Shown here piece after piece: positions 24,962 to 35,799 of a stretch of DNA of 64,000 bases; position 1 is the stretch's first letter, and each line of letters begins with the position of its first letter. This stretch comes from Squalus acanthias (Eukaryota). The DNA is taken from assembly GCA_030390025.1 (NCBI GenBank), contig CM059432.1, positions 1,302,001 through 1,366,000 of the forward strand, read 5' to 3'. The notes under the pieces were generated by a model, which worked only from the letters and a program-made list of their open reading frames with translations, was not told the origin of the DNA and searched no databases. A program made the position numbers and the translations under genes.

Positions 24962-25270
24962 AATTTATTCATTCACGGGATGTGGTCGTCACTGGCAAGG
25001 CCAGCATTTATTGCCCATCCCTAATTGCCCTTGAGAAGGTGCTGGTGAGCCGCCGCCTTGACAACTGAGTGGCTTGCTTGGCCATTTCAAAAGGCAGTTA
25101 AGAGTCAACCACATTGCTGTGGGTCTAGAGTCACATGTAGGCCAGACCTGGTAAGGACGGCAGATTTCCTTCCCTAAATGACATTAGTGAACCAGATGGG
25201 TTTTTACAACAATCCGGTAGTTTCATGGTCACCATTACTGATACTCGCTTTTTATTCCAGATTTATTTAA
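24962..25270 (-). mobile_element. SINE with LINE-B tail, partial
   Basis: Reverse of the body and tail seen at 63650-63895. Confidence 0.75.
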
Positions 25271-25939
25271 TAGTAATACTGTTAGATCCTTGGAGAAATG
25301 TTCCAGCTCTTCGAGTATTTGTATAGCTCTAAACCAGTTTCCAGAATCTTAACTCAGATTTATTCAGCATTCTTAGGAAACTAGTTCTTTTAAGTCTACA
25401 TCTGGACCTACTAATTTATTTATTTTTTCCTTTTCATTACTTTCCAGCACTGCATGTCACTCCCTTGGTGTAAGATGGTGAGTCTATCAACTCATCCTCA
25501 TTAATGCAGTTCTTTAGTTAACAACTAAGAGGTGTGTGGGAAATGTTTCATCTTGGCTTGACACTTCCCACTGACAGCAAAAGTGAGGTGAATCGTGACT
25601 ACAAACCTGTATTTCACCACTTTATGGTGCTCAAACTGTACAAAATGTAAAAATGGGTGTTTCCCATCCAGAGCAGTTGCCTGCGTTGGATAATGGCATT
25701 CCAGATTTTTTTCTTCAGCTTAAATCTGACAAAACATCTCAAACAGATTTTTTGATTCTACTATTTTGGTTAAAAAATGTTTAAAAATGCCCTGCCATTA
25801 ATTTGGGCAGTCTCAATCCATGTCTTATGGTGCATTGACCCACAGAATGAAGTCCCTAATTCAGGATTAGCAAAAAAAATGGATAATCTTATTTAGGAGA
25901 GCTACAGATTGGCTGGTGTGAAGCGAGATAGATTTTTTA

Positions 25940-26818
25940 AAATATTCATTCTCTGAATGTGGGCATAGCTGCCAAGTCCGATGATAATTGCCCATCCCCA
26001 GTTGCACTGACAAGGCGGTGCTGGGCCACCCTCTTGATATGCTGCAGTCCATGTGGTGAAGGTGCTCCCACTAGATACGGAGTTCCAGGAGTTTGACCCA
26101 GTGATGATGAAGGAACAGCGATATTTGTCCAAGTCAGGATGGTGTGGAACCTGGAGGTGATGGTGCTCCAATGCACCTGATGCCCTTGTCCTTCTAGGAG
26201 GTGGAGGTTGTGGGTTTAGAATGTACTGCTGAAGTGCAGTACATCCTCTAAATAGTACACACTGCAGCCACGGTATATGGAGGGGGTGGACATTTAGGTT
26301 GGTTGATGAGGTTTCATTCAAATTGACTACTTTGTCTCGCATAGTGTCAAGCTTCTTGAGTGTTGTTTCAACCGCACTCATCCAAGCAACTGGAGGGTGC
26401 ACCATCACACTCCTGACTTGTACCTTGTAGATGGTGAAGAGGCATTGGGGAGTCAGGAGGTTAGCCACTCACCACACAATACCCAGCCTTTGATCCAGTT
26501 GAGTTTCTGGTCATTGATGACCCCCAGGATGTTGATGGTGGGAACTCGGTGATGGTAATGTCATTGAATGTCAGGGGGAGGTGGCTAAGCTTTCTTGTTG
26601 GAGCTAGTCAATGCCTGGCACTTGTGTGGCGTGTATGATACTTGCCACATATTAGGCCCAAGCCTGGATATGTCCAGGTCTTGCTGTGTGCGAGCATGGA
26701 CTGCTTCATTATCTGAAGAATTGCAAATGGAGCTGAATACTGTAACCATCAGCAGAAAGCTGCACTTCTGGTGGAGGGAAGATGATGGATGAAGCAGCTG
26801 AAGATGGTTGGGCCTAGA
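25940..26818 (-). mobile_element. LINE family B 3' part
   Basis: TIYKVQVRSVM...LKKLDTMRDK. Confidence 0.75.
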
Positions 26819-26824
26819 ATGATG

Positions 26825-27203
26825 ATTGGCCACTACCTCTCTCGACCCCTCCACTGTTTCTAAATTATCAGACTGCTTGTCCAACATCCAGTACTGGATG
26901 AGCAGAAATTTCTCCAACAAAATATTGGGAAGACCGAAGCCATTGTCTTAGGTCCCTGCCACAAACTCCGTTCCATAGCGACCAACTCCATTCCTCTCTC
27001 TGGCAACTGTCTGAGGCTGAACCAGACTGTTCGCAACCTTGGTGTCATATTTGACCCTGAGATAAGCATCCGATCACACACCTGCGCTATCACTAAGACC
27101 ACCAATTTCCACCTCTGTAACATTGCCGGACTCCGCCTTTGCTTCAGCTCATCTGTTGCTGAAACCCTCATCCATGCCTTTGTTACCTCTAGACTTGACT
27201 ATT
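26825..27203 (+). mobile_element. L2 fragment
   Basis: [23 protein letters not shown]. Confidence 0.78.
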
Positions 27204-28136
27204 GCAGGGCTACAGGGAAAGGGCAGGGGAGTGGGACTAGCTGAAGTGCTCTTGCAGAGAGCCGGCACGGGCTCGACAGGCCAAATGGCCTCCTTCTGTG
27301 CTGTAACCATTCTACAGTAATTCTATAATTCTTGGGATATGGGTGTCACTGACAAGGCCGGAATTTATTCCCCATCCCTAGTTGCTCTTGAGAAGGTGAA
27401 CTGCTGCAGTCCATGTGTGCAGTTCGTGGAGCCTCCTCCTCTCGTTAGTTTAATTGTTCTCCACCATTCACGACTGGATGTGGAAGGACTGCAGAGCTCT
27501 GACTTGATCTGTCGGTTGTGGGATCGTTTATCTCCATCTATAGCATGCTGTTTCCACTGCTTAGCATGCATGCAGTCTTGTGCTGCAGCTTCACCAGGTT
27601 GTCACCTCATTTTCAGGTATGCCTGGTGCTGCTCCTGGCATGCTCTTCTACACTCCTCATTGAACCAGGGTTGGTCATCTGGATTGATGGTGATGGAGGA
27701 GTGAGGGATATGCTGGGCCATGAAGTTACAGATTGTGGTGGTATACAATTCTGCTGCTACTGATGGCTCACAGCACCTTATGGATACCCAGTGTTGAGCT
27801 TCTAGATCTGTTTTTAATCGATCCCACTTAGCACGATGATAGTGCCATACGACACAATGGAGGGTGGCCTCAGTGTTCAGACAGGACTTGGTCTGCACGA
27901 GGAACATAAGAACATAAGAAATAGGAGCAGGAGTAGGCCAATCGGCCCCTCGAGCCTGCTCCGCCATTCAATAAGATCATGGCTGATCTGATCCTAACCG
28001 CCAATCTACTATCTATCACAGAACCATCTCCTGCATCTAACAGAATTGCACACACGAAATAGGAGCAGAATCAGGCTACACGGTCCCTGGGCCCGCTCCA
28101 CTACCCACAGGGCCATGACCGGATCCGAACCTAGAC

Positions 28137-31088
28137 TCATGTCCAAATTCCTGCCCGCTCCCCGTAACCCTTAATGCCCTTTACTTCTAGGAAACTGTCT
28201 ATTTCTGTTTTAAATTTATTTAATGATGTAGCTTCTACAGCTTTTTGTGGCAGCATATTCCATGGACCTACCACCCTCTGAGTGAAGTAGTTCCTCCTCA
28301 TCTCAGTTTTGAAAGAGCAGCCCCTTATTCTAAGACTATGTCCCCTAGTTCTAGTCTCACCCGTCATCGGGAACATCCTCCCCGCATCCACCCGATCCAA
28401 CCCCTTCACAATCTTATATGTTTCAATAAGATCGCCTCTCATTCTTCTGAACTCCAATGAGTAGAGTCCCAATCTACCCAACCTCTCCTCATATGACCAC
28501 TCCCTCATCCCCGGGATTAACCGAGTGAACCTTTTTTGCACTGCCTCGAGAGCAAGGATGTCTTTCCTTAAGTAAGGACACCAAAACTGTATGCAGTATT
28601 CCAGGTGCGGTCTCACCAATACCTTGTACAACTGAAGCAATACCTCCCTATTTTTATATTCTATCCCCCTAGCAATGAAAGCCAACATTCCATTTGCCTT
28701 CTTAATCACTTGCTGCACCTGCATACTAACCTTTTGAGTTTCGTGCACCAGGACCCCCAGATCCCTTTGCACTTCAGTACTCTCCAGTTTCTTGCCATTA
28801 AGATAATAAATTGCTCTAGGATTTTTCCTGCCAAAGTGCATCACCTCACACTTTCCAGTGTTGTATTCCATCTGCCAAATCTCTGCCCACTTACTTAGCC
28901 TGTCTATGTCCCCTTGCAGGTTTTTTATGTCCTCCTCACTCACTACTTTCCCTCCCATCTTTGTATCATCTGCAAATTTTGATATGTTACACTTGGTCCC
29001 TTCCTCCAAATCGTTAATATAGATTGTAAAGAGTTGGGGACCCAGCACTGACCCCTGTGGAACACCACTAGTTACTGATTGCCAGTCTGAGAATGAACCA
29101 TTTATCCCAACTCTTTGCTTTCTGTTAGATAGCCAATCCTCTATCCATGCCAGAATATTACCCCCAATCCCGTGATTTTTTACCTTAAGCAATAATCTTT
29201 TGTGTGGCACCTTGTCAAATGCCTTTTGGAAGTCTAAATACACTACGTCCACTGGTTCCCCTTTATCCACTCTATATGTTACTTCCTCAAAGAACTCCAG
29301 CAAATTTGTCAAACATGACTTCCCCTTCGTAAAACCATGCTGACTTTGTCCTATTAAATTATGATTATCCAAATGTCCTGTTACTGTTTCCTTAATAATG
29401 GACTCCAAAATTTTACCTACCACAGATGTTAGGCTAACCGGTCTATAGTTACCAGCCTTCTGTCTACTGCCCTTTTTAAATAAGGGTGTTACATTAGCAG
29501 TTTTCCAGTCTGCCGGGACCTTAGCGGAATCCAGGGAGTTTTGAAAAATTATTACCAATGCATCTACAATCCCTACCGCCACTTCCTTCAAGACTCTAGG
29601 ATGTAAGCCATCAGGTCCAGGTGATTTATCCGCCTTGAGTCCCATTATTTTACCGAGTACCACTTCCTTAGTGATTTTGATTGTGTTTAGCTCCTCTCCC
29701 CCTATAGCCCCCTGTTTGTCCAGTGTTGGGATATTCTTAGTGTCCTCTACTGTAAAGACTGATACAAAATATTCATTCAGTGTTTTTGCCATCTCCATAT
29801 TTCCCACCATTAATTTCCCGGTCTCATCCTCTAAGGGACCAACATTTACTTTAGCCACCCTTTTTCTTTTTATATAACTATAAAAACTCTTACTATCTGT
29901 TTTTATATTTTTTGCTAATTTACTTTCATAATCTATCTTCCCTTTCTTAATCAATCTTTTTGTTATTTTTTGCTGCCTTTTAAATTTTTCCCAATCCTCT
30001 GTCCTCCCACTAGATTTCGCTACCTTATATGCCCTTGTTTTTAGTCGAATACTATCCTTAATTTCTTTACTTAGCCACGGATGACTGTCCTTTCTTTTAC
30101 ACCCTTTTCTTTTCAGTGGAATATATTTTTTTTGGAAGTTGTAAAATAACTCCTTGAATGTACACCACTGATCATGTGTCGTCTTACCCTTTAATCTATT
30201 TTCCCAATCCACTCTACTCAATTCCGCTCGCATACCTTCATAGTCTCCTTTATTCAAGCTTAGCACACTTGTTTGAGATCCAACCTTCTCACCCTCTAAT
30301 TGAATATGGAATTCAACCATGTTATGGTCACTCATTCCAAGGGGATCCTTTACTAGGACATTTTTAATTAATCCTGTCTCGTTACACAGGACCAGATCTA
30401 AGGTTGCTTGCCCCCTGGTCGGTTCAGTTACATACTGCTCAAGAAACCCATCCCTAATACACTCAATGAACTCATCCTCAAGGCAGCCCTGCCCCATTTG
30501 ATTTGTCCAATTAATATGATAGTTAAAATCCCCCATAATTATAGATGTTCCCTTATTACATGCCTCAACTATTTCCTGATTGATACTCCGTCCAACAGAG
30601 TTGCAACTGTTCGGAGGCCTATAGACTACGCCCACTAGTGTTTTTTTCCCCTTATTATTCCTTATCTCCACCCAAACTGTTTCATTATCATGATTTTTTG
30701 ACCCAATATCATTACTCTGTATTACAGTGATTCCTTCCTTTATTAACATAGCCACCCCACCTCCCCTTCCTTCCTGCCTGTCCTTCCTGATCGTTAAATA
30801 ACCTGGTATGTTTAATTCCCAGGCATTGTCACCCTGCAGCCATGTTTCTGTAATGGCCACAATATCATAACCATATGTAGTTATTTGTGCCATTAACTCG
30901 TCTATTTTGTTACGAATGCTACGTGCATTCAGATAGAGAACTTTCAAATATGCTTTGTGGCACTTAGTTCCTGCTTTTTCACTTTTTACCACTTTACCTT
31001 TTACTCCACACACTCTGTCCCTTCCTGCCACGCTCTGATTTGTGATTCCCCTACTGCTACCTATGTCTATGACCCTCTCTGTTGTCAT
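28137..31088 (-). CDS. CR1 ORF2: APE endonuclease plus reverse transcriptase, 983 aa
   Basis: LNARSI, ITETW, GDFN, SDH; YLDFQKAFD, GVPQGS, FADD; no stops. Confidence 0.96.
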   Translation of the reverse strand: MTTERVIDIGSSRGITNQSVAGRDRVCGVKGKVVKSEKAGTKCHKAYLKVLYLNARSIRNKIDELMAQITTYGYDIVAITETWLQGDNAWELNIPGYLTIRKDRQEGRGGGVAMLIKEGITVIQSNDIGSKNHDNETVWVEIRNNKGKKTLVGVVYRPPNSCNSVGRSINQEIVEACNKGTSIIMGDFNYHINWTNQMGQGCLEDEFIECIRDGFLEQYVTEPTRGQATLDLVLCNETGLIKNVLVKDPLGMSDHNMVEFHIQLEGEKVGSQTSVLSLNKGDYEGMRAELSRVDWENRLKGKTTHDQWCTFKELFYNFQKKYIPLKRKGCKRKDSHPWLSKEIKDSIRLKTRAYKVAKSSGRTEDWEKFKRQQKITKRLIKKGKIDYESKLAKNIKTDSKSFYSYIKRKRVAKVNVGPLEDETGKLMVGNMEMAKTLNEYFVSVFTVEDTKNIPTLDKQGAIGGEELNTIKITKEVVLGKIMGLKADKSPGPDGLHPRVLKEVAVGIVDALVIIFQNSLDSAKVPADWKTANVTPLFKKGSRQKAGNYRPVSLTSVVGKILESIIKETVTGHLDNHNLIGQSQHGFTKGKSCLTNLLEFFEEVTYRVDKGEPVDVVYLDFQKAFDKVPHKRLLLKVKNHGIGGNILAWIEDWLSNRKQRVGINGSFSDWQSVTSGVPQGSVLGPQLFTIYINDLEEGTKCNISKFADDTKMGGKVVSEEDIKNLQGDIDRLSKWAEIWQMEYNTGKCEVMHFGRKNPRAIYYLNGKKLESTEVQRDLGVLVHETQKVSMQVQQVIKKANGMLAFIARGIEYKNREVLLQLYKVLVRPHLEYCIQFWCPYLRKDILALEAVQKRFTRLIPGMREWSYEERLGRLGLYSLEFRRMRGDLIETYKIVKGLDRVDAGRMFPMTGETRTRGHSLRIRGCSFKTEMRRNYFTQRVVGPWNMLPQKAVEATSLNKFKTEIDSFLEVKGIKGYGERAGIWT

Positions 31089-31126
31089 TTTTATTTTTTG
31101 CTCTCTTGAAACCTCCCCCCCACTAA

Positions 31127-32083
31127 TTAGTTTAAAGCCCTCTCCACAGCCCTAGTTATTCGATTCGCCAGGACACTAGTCCCAGCACTGGCCAAGTGAA
31201 GTCCGTCCCAACGGAACAGCTCTCTCCTGCCCCAGTACTGGTGCCAGTGTCCCAAGAAGCAAAACCCATTTTTCCCACACCAGTCTTTGAGCCACGCATT
31301 CAACTCCCTGATTTTATTTACCCTAGCCAAATTTGCTCGTGGCTCAGGTAGTAATCCAGAGATTATTACCCTCGAGGTTCTGCTTTTTAATTTGGCCCCT
31401 AGCTGCTCAAACTCCCTCAGCAGAACCTCTTTCCTTGTCCTATCTATGTCATTGGTACCAACATGGACCACGACAACTGGATCCGCCCCCTCCCACTCCA
31501 AGTTTCTCTCCAGCCCAGAGGAGATGTCCTTAACCCTGGCACCGGGCAGGCAACACAGCCTTCGGGACTCTCGCTCTTGGCTGCAAAGAACCCTATCTAT
31601 CCCCCTAATGATACTATCCCCTACCACTACAACATTTCTTTTTACTCCCCCCACTTGAATGGCCCCCCTTACCACGGTGCTGTGGCCAGGTTGCTCATCC
31701 TCCCTGCAGTCCCCGCTCCTATCCACACAGGGAGTAAGAGCCTCGAACCTGTTGGACAAGAGCAAGGGCTGCGGCTCCTCCAACACTACCTCCTGGATCC
31801 CTGTACTTGCCTCACTCGTAGTCACACCTTCCTGTCCCTGACCACGGGCTACTTCTGAATTAGTTACTCTAATTGGTGTGACTACCTCCTGAAACACGGA
31901 GTCCAGGTAACTCTCCCCCTCCCTGATGTGTCGCAGTGTTTGAAGCTCGGACTCCAGCTCATCAACACGGAGCCGGAGTTCCTCGAGCAGCCAACACTTA
32001 CTGCAAATGTGTTCACCGTGAACATCAATGGTGTCCACCAGCTCCCACATATTGCAGCAGTAACACATCACCTGCTCTCCCAT
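31127..32083 (-). CDS. CR1 ORF1: Cys-rich N-terminus, coiled coil, SGNH esterase, 318 aa
   Basis: CYCC..CSKC, heptad leucines, GDS, GTND, DGLH motifs. Confidence 0.92.
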   Translation of the reverse strand: MGEQVMCYCCNMWELVDTIDVHGEHICSKCWLLEELRLRVDELESELQTLRHIREGESYLDSVFQEVVTPIRVTNSEVARGQGQEGVTTSEASTGIQEVVLEEPQPLLLSNRFEALTPCVDRSGDCREDEQPGHSTVVRGAIQVGGVKRNVVVVGDSIIRGIDRVLCSQERESRRLCCLPGARVKDISSGLERNLEWEGADPVVVVHVGTNDIDRTRKEVLLREFEQLGAKLKSRTSRVIISGLLPEPRANLARVNKIRELNAWLKDWCGKNGFCFLGHWHQYWGRRELFRWDGLHLASAGTSVLANRITRAVERALN

Positions 32084-32298
32084 TCTATGTAATTAATTAA
32101 AAATTTATTATTTACCCTTCAGTTAATTTATGCCAGCAGTCTCCGCTACACCACAGATACCCGAGAAACTATAAACTATGGAATTGAAGTTTTGTATAAA
32201 AAAAAGAGAAATACTCACCAACCAATCACTTACCTGCTTTCTGGTGACGTCACACTTCGATTATTTTTTACCTCTCTCCTGCTCTCGGCTTGGTGAAA

Positions 32299-32601
32299 GC
32301 CTACCTGGTCGCTGCCGCCTTTTACCGCCGCCGCCTCGCCGCTGTTGCTCCACCCAGGTCCGCCGCCTCTATGGGCCTACCTGGTCGCTGCCGCCTTTTA
32401 CCGCCGCCGCCTCGCCGCTGTTGCTCCACCTAGGTCCGCCGCCTCTGTGGGCCTACCTGGTCGCTGCCGCCTTTTACCGCCGCCGCCTCGCCGCTGTTGC
32501 TCCACCCAGGTCCGCCGCCTCTGTGGGCCTACCTGGTCGCTGCCGCCTTTTACCGCCGCCGCCTCGCCGCTGTTGCTCCACCCAGGTCCGCCGCCTCTGT
32601 G
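32299..32601. repeat. 76-bp x4 tandem repeat at CR1 5' end
   Basis: Units start at 32300, 32376, 32452, 32528. Confidence 0.93.
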
Positions 32602-32925
32602 CAGTGGTCACTTCTACCAATGCTGTCATGGACAGATGCAGCTGCAACAGATAGATTTGTGAGGACGAAATCAAGTAGGTTTTTCCCCTCGTGTTGGTTT
32701 TCTCCCCACCAGCCCAGTCTGGCAGCTATGTCCTTCAGGACTTGGCCAGCTCAGTCACTGGTGTTACTACCGAGCCACACTTGGTGATGGATATTGAAGT
32801 CCCCTACCCAGAGTACATTCTGTGTCCTTGCTACCCTCAGTGCTTCCAAGTGGTCAACATGGAGGAGGACTGATTCATCAGCTGAGGGTGAGCGGTAAGT
32901 GGTAATCAGCTGGAGGTTTGCTTGT

Positions 32926-35505
32926 CATAGAATCATAGAAAGTTACAGCACGGAAGGAGGCCATTTCGGCCCATTGTGTCCGCGCCGGCCAACAAAGAGC
33001 TATCCAGCCTAATCCCACTTCCTAGCTCTTGGTCCGTAGCCCTGCAGGTTAGAGCATCCCAAGTGCACATCCAAGTACTTTTTAAATGTGGTTAAGGTTC
33101 CTGCCTCTACCACCCTTTCAGGCAGTGAGTTCCAGACCCCCACAACCCTCTGGGTGAAGAAATTTCCTCTCAAATCCCCTCTAAACCTTCCCCCAATTAC
33201 TTTAAATCTGAGCCCCCTGGTTTTTGACCCCTCTGCTAAGAGAAATAGGTCTTTTCTATCCACTTTTTCTATGTCCCTCATAATTTTATACACCTCAATA
33301 AGGTCTCCCCTCAACCTCCTCTGTTCCAAGGAAAACAGACCCAGCCTATCCAGTCTTTCCTCATAGCTAAGATTCTCTACTCCCGGCAACATCCTTGTAA
33401 ATCTCCTCTGTACCCTCTCTAGTGCAATTACATCTTTCCTGTAATGTGGTGACCAGAACTACACGCAGCACTCTAGCTGAGGCCTAACTAGTGTTTTATA
33501 CAGTTGAAGCATAACCCCCCCCTGCTCTTGTATTCTATGCCACGGCTAATAAAGGCAAGCATTCCGTATGACTTCTTAATCACCTTATCTACCTGGCCTG
33601 CTACCTTCAGGGATCTGTGGACATGCACTCCAAGGTCCCTTTGTTCCTCTACACTACTCAAGTGTCCTACCATTTAACGTGTATTCCCTTTCCTTGTTAG
33701 CCCTCCCCAAATGCATTACCTCACACTTCTCCGGATTGAATTCCATTTGCCACTGTTCTGCCCACATGACCAATTTATTGATATCTTCCTGCAGTCTACA
33801 GCTTCCTTCTGCAGTATCAACCACACAGCCGATTTTAGTATCATCTGCAAACTTCTTAATCATACCCACTATATTCAAGTCTAGATCATTGATATATACC
33901 ACAAAAAGCAAGGGACCTAGTACTGAGCCCTGCGGAACCCCACTGGAAACAGCCTTCCAGTCACAAAAACACCCATCAACCATTACCCTCTGCTTCCTGT
34001 CTCCGAGCCAGTTTTCAATCCAACTTGACACTTTGCTGTGGATCCCATGGGCTTTTAACTTCGTGACCAGTCTGCCATGTGGAACCTTATCAAAAGCCTT
34101 GCTAAAGTCCATATACACTGCATCAAACGCACTACCCTCATCTACCCTCCTTGTTACCTGCTCAAAAAATTCAATCAAGTTTGTCAGACACGACCTTCCC
34201 TTAACAAATCCGTGCTGACTATCCTTGATTAATCCGTGTCTTTCTAAATGAAGATTTATCCTGTCCTTCAGAATTCTTTCCAATAATTTTCCCACCACCG
34301 AGGTTAGGCTGACTGGCCTGTAATTACTCGGTCTATCCTTTTCTCCCTTTTTAAACAAGGGTACCACATTACCAGTCCTCAGGCTTCACACCTGAAGCCA
34401 GAGAGGATTGAAAAATGATGGTCAGGGCCTCTGCTATTTCCTCTTTTGCTTCGCTTAACAGCCTGGGATACATTTCATCCGGGCCTGGGGATTTATCCAG
34501 TTTTAAAGCTGCTAAACCCCTTAATACTTCCTCTCTCACTATGTTTACTTCATCTAATATTTCATACTCCTCCTCCCCGATAGCAATGTCTGCTTCGCCC
34601 CTCTCCTTTGTGAAAACAGATGCAAAGTATTCATTAAGAACCCTACCGACGTCTCCCGCCTCCACACACAGATTACCCTCATGATCTCTAATAGGCCCTA
34701 CCCTTTCTTTAGTTATCCTCTTACTCTTAATATATTTATAAAACATCTTTGGGTTTTCCTTGATTTTACTTGCCAAGAATTTTTCATGCTCTTTGCTTTC
34801 CTAATATCATTTTAATTGCACCCCTGCACTTTCTGTACTCCTCTAAAGACTCTGGAGTATTTAGCCCTCGGTATCTGTCATACGCCTCCCTTTTTTTCTT
34901 TATCCTACCCTGTATGTCTCTAGACATCCAGGTGGCTCGAGATTTGTTAGTCTCACCTTTTTCTTTAAGGGCACATGTTTGGTCTGAACCCTCCGGTTCT
35001 CCTCCTTGAATGCCTCCCACTGCTCTGACACTGATTTACCTTCAAGTAGCTGTTTCCAGTCCATTATGGCTAAATCCCCTCTGAGTTTAGCAAAATTTGC
35101 TTTTCCCCAATTTAAAATTTTTATTCCTGGTCTATCCTTGTCCTTTTCTATAACTACCTTAAATCTAACAGAATTATGGTCACTAGCACCAAAATGCTCC
35201 CCCACTGATACGCCTTCTACCTGCCCAGCTTCATTCCCTAAAACTAAGTCCAGAACCGCCCCCTCCCTTGTTGGGCTTGCTACATACTGGCTAAAAAAGT
35301 TCTCATTGATGCATTTTAGGAATTCCACACCCTTCACACTAATTTTATCCCAGTTAATATTGGGGTAGTTGAAATCCCCTACTATTACTGCCCTATAGTT
35401 TTTGCATTTCTCAGAAATTTGTCTACATATTTGTTCTTCTATCTCCCTCTCACTGTTTGGGAGTCTGTAGTACACTCCCAGCAGTGTGATCGCCCCTTTT
35501 TTGTC
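32926..35505 (-). mobile_element. CR1 ORF2, 5'-truncated and frameshifted (second subfamily)
   Basis: GDFNYPNINW, YMDFSKAFDKVPH, FADD; (CATAGAAT)n tail. Confidence 0.92.
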
Positions 35506-35799
35506 CATTTTTGACCTGATGCAATAAGACTTCATGGGGTTTAGAGTCAATGTTGAGGACTCCCAGGGCCACTCCCACCTGACTGTATATCACTGGGCCC
35601 CCACCTTTTGTGGCATAGGACATACCCAGGGATGGTGATGAAGAAGTCTGGGACATTGGCTGATTGGTATGCTTCTGCGAGTATGGCTTTGTCAGGCTGT
35701 TGTTTAACTAATCTTTAAGACAGCTCTCCCAATTTTGGCACAAGTCCCCAATTGTTAGTGAGGAGGACTTTGTAGGGTCGACTGGGCTGGGTGTGCCTT

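Larger units (their letters stand above)
27904..32601 (-). mobile_element. Full-length, apparently intact CR1 LINE
   Basis: 5' tandem repeats, ORF1, ORF2, 3' UTR and (TTCTTATG)n tail. Confidence 0.95.

Noticed and set aside
25375..25412. Minus-strand PDVDLKELVS resembling the second CABYR-like exon
   Set aside because: Short, followed by a stop, no proper acceptor; likely chance
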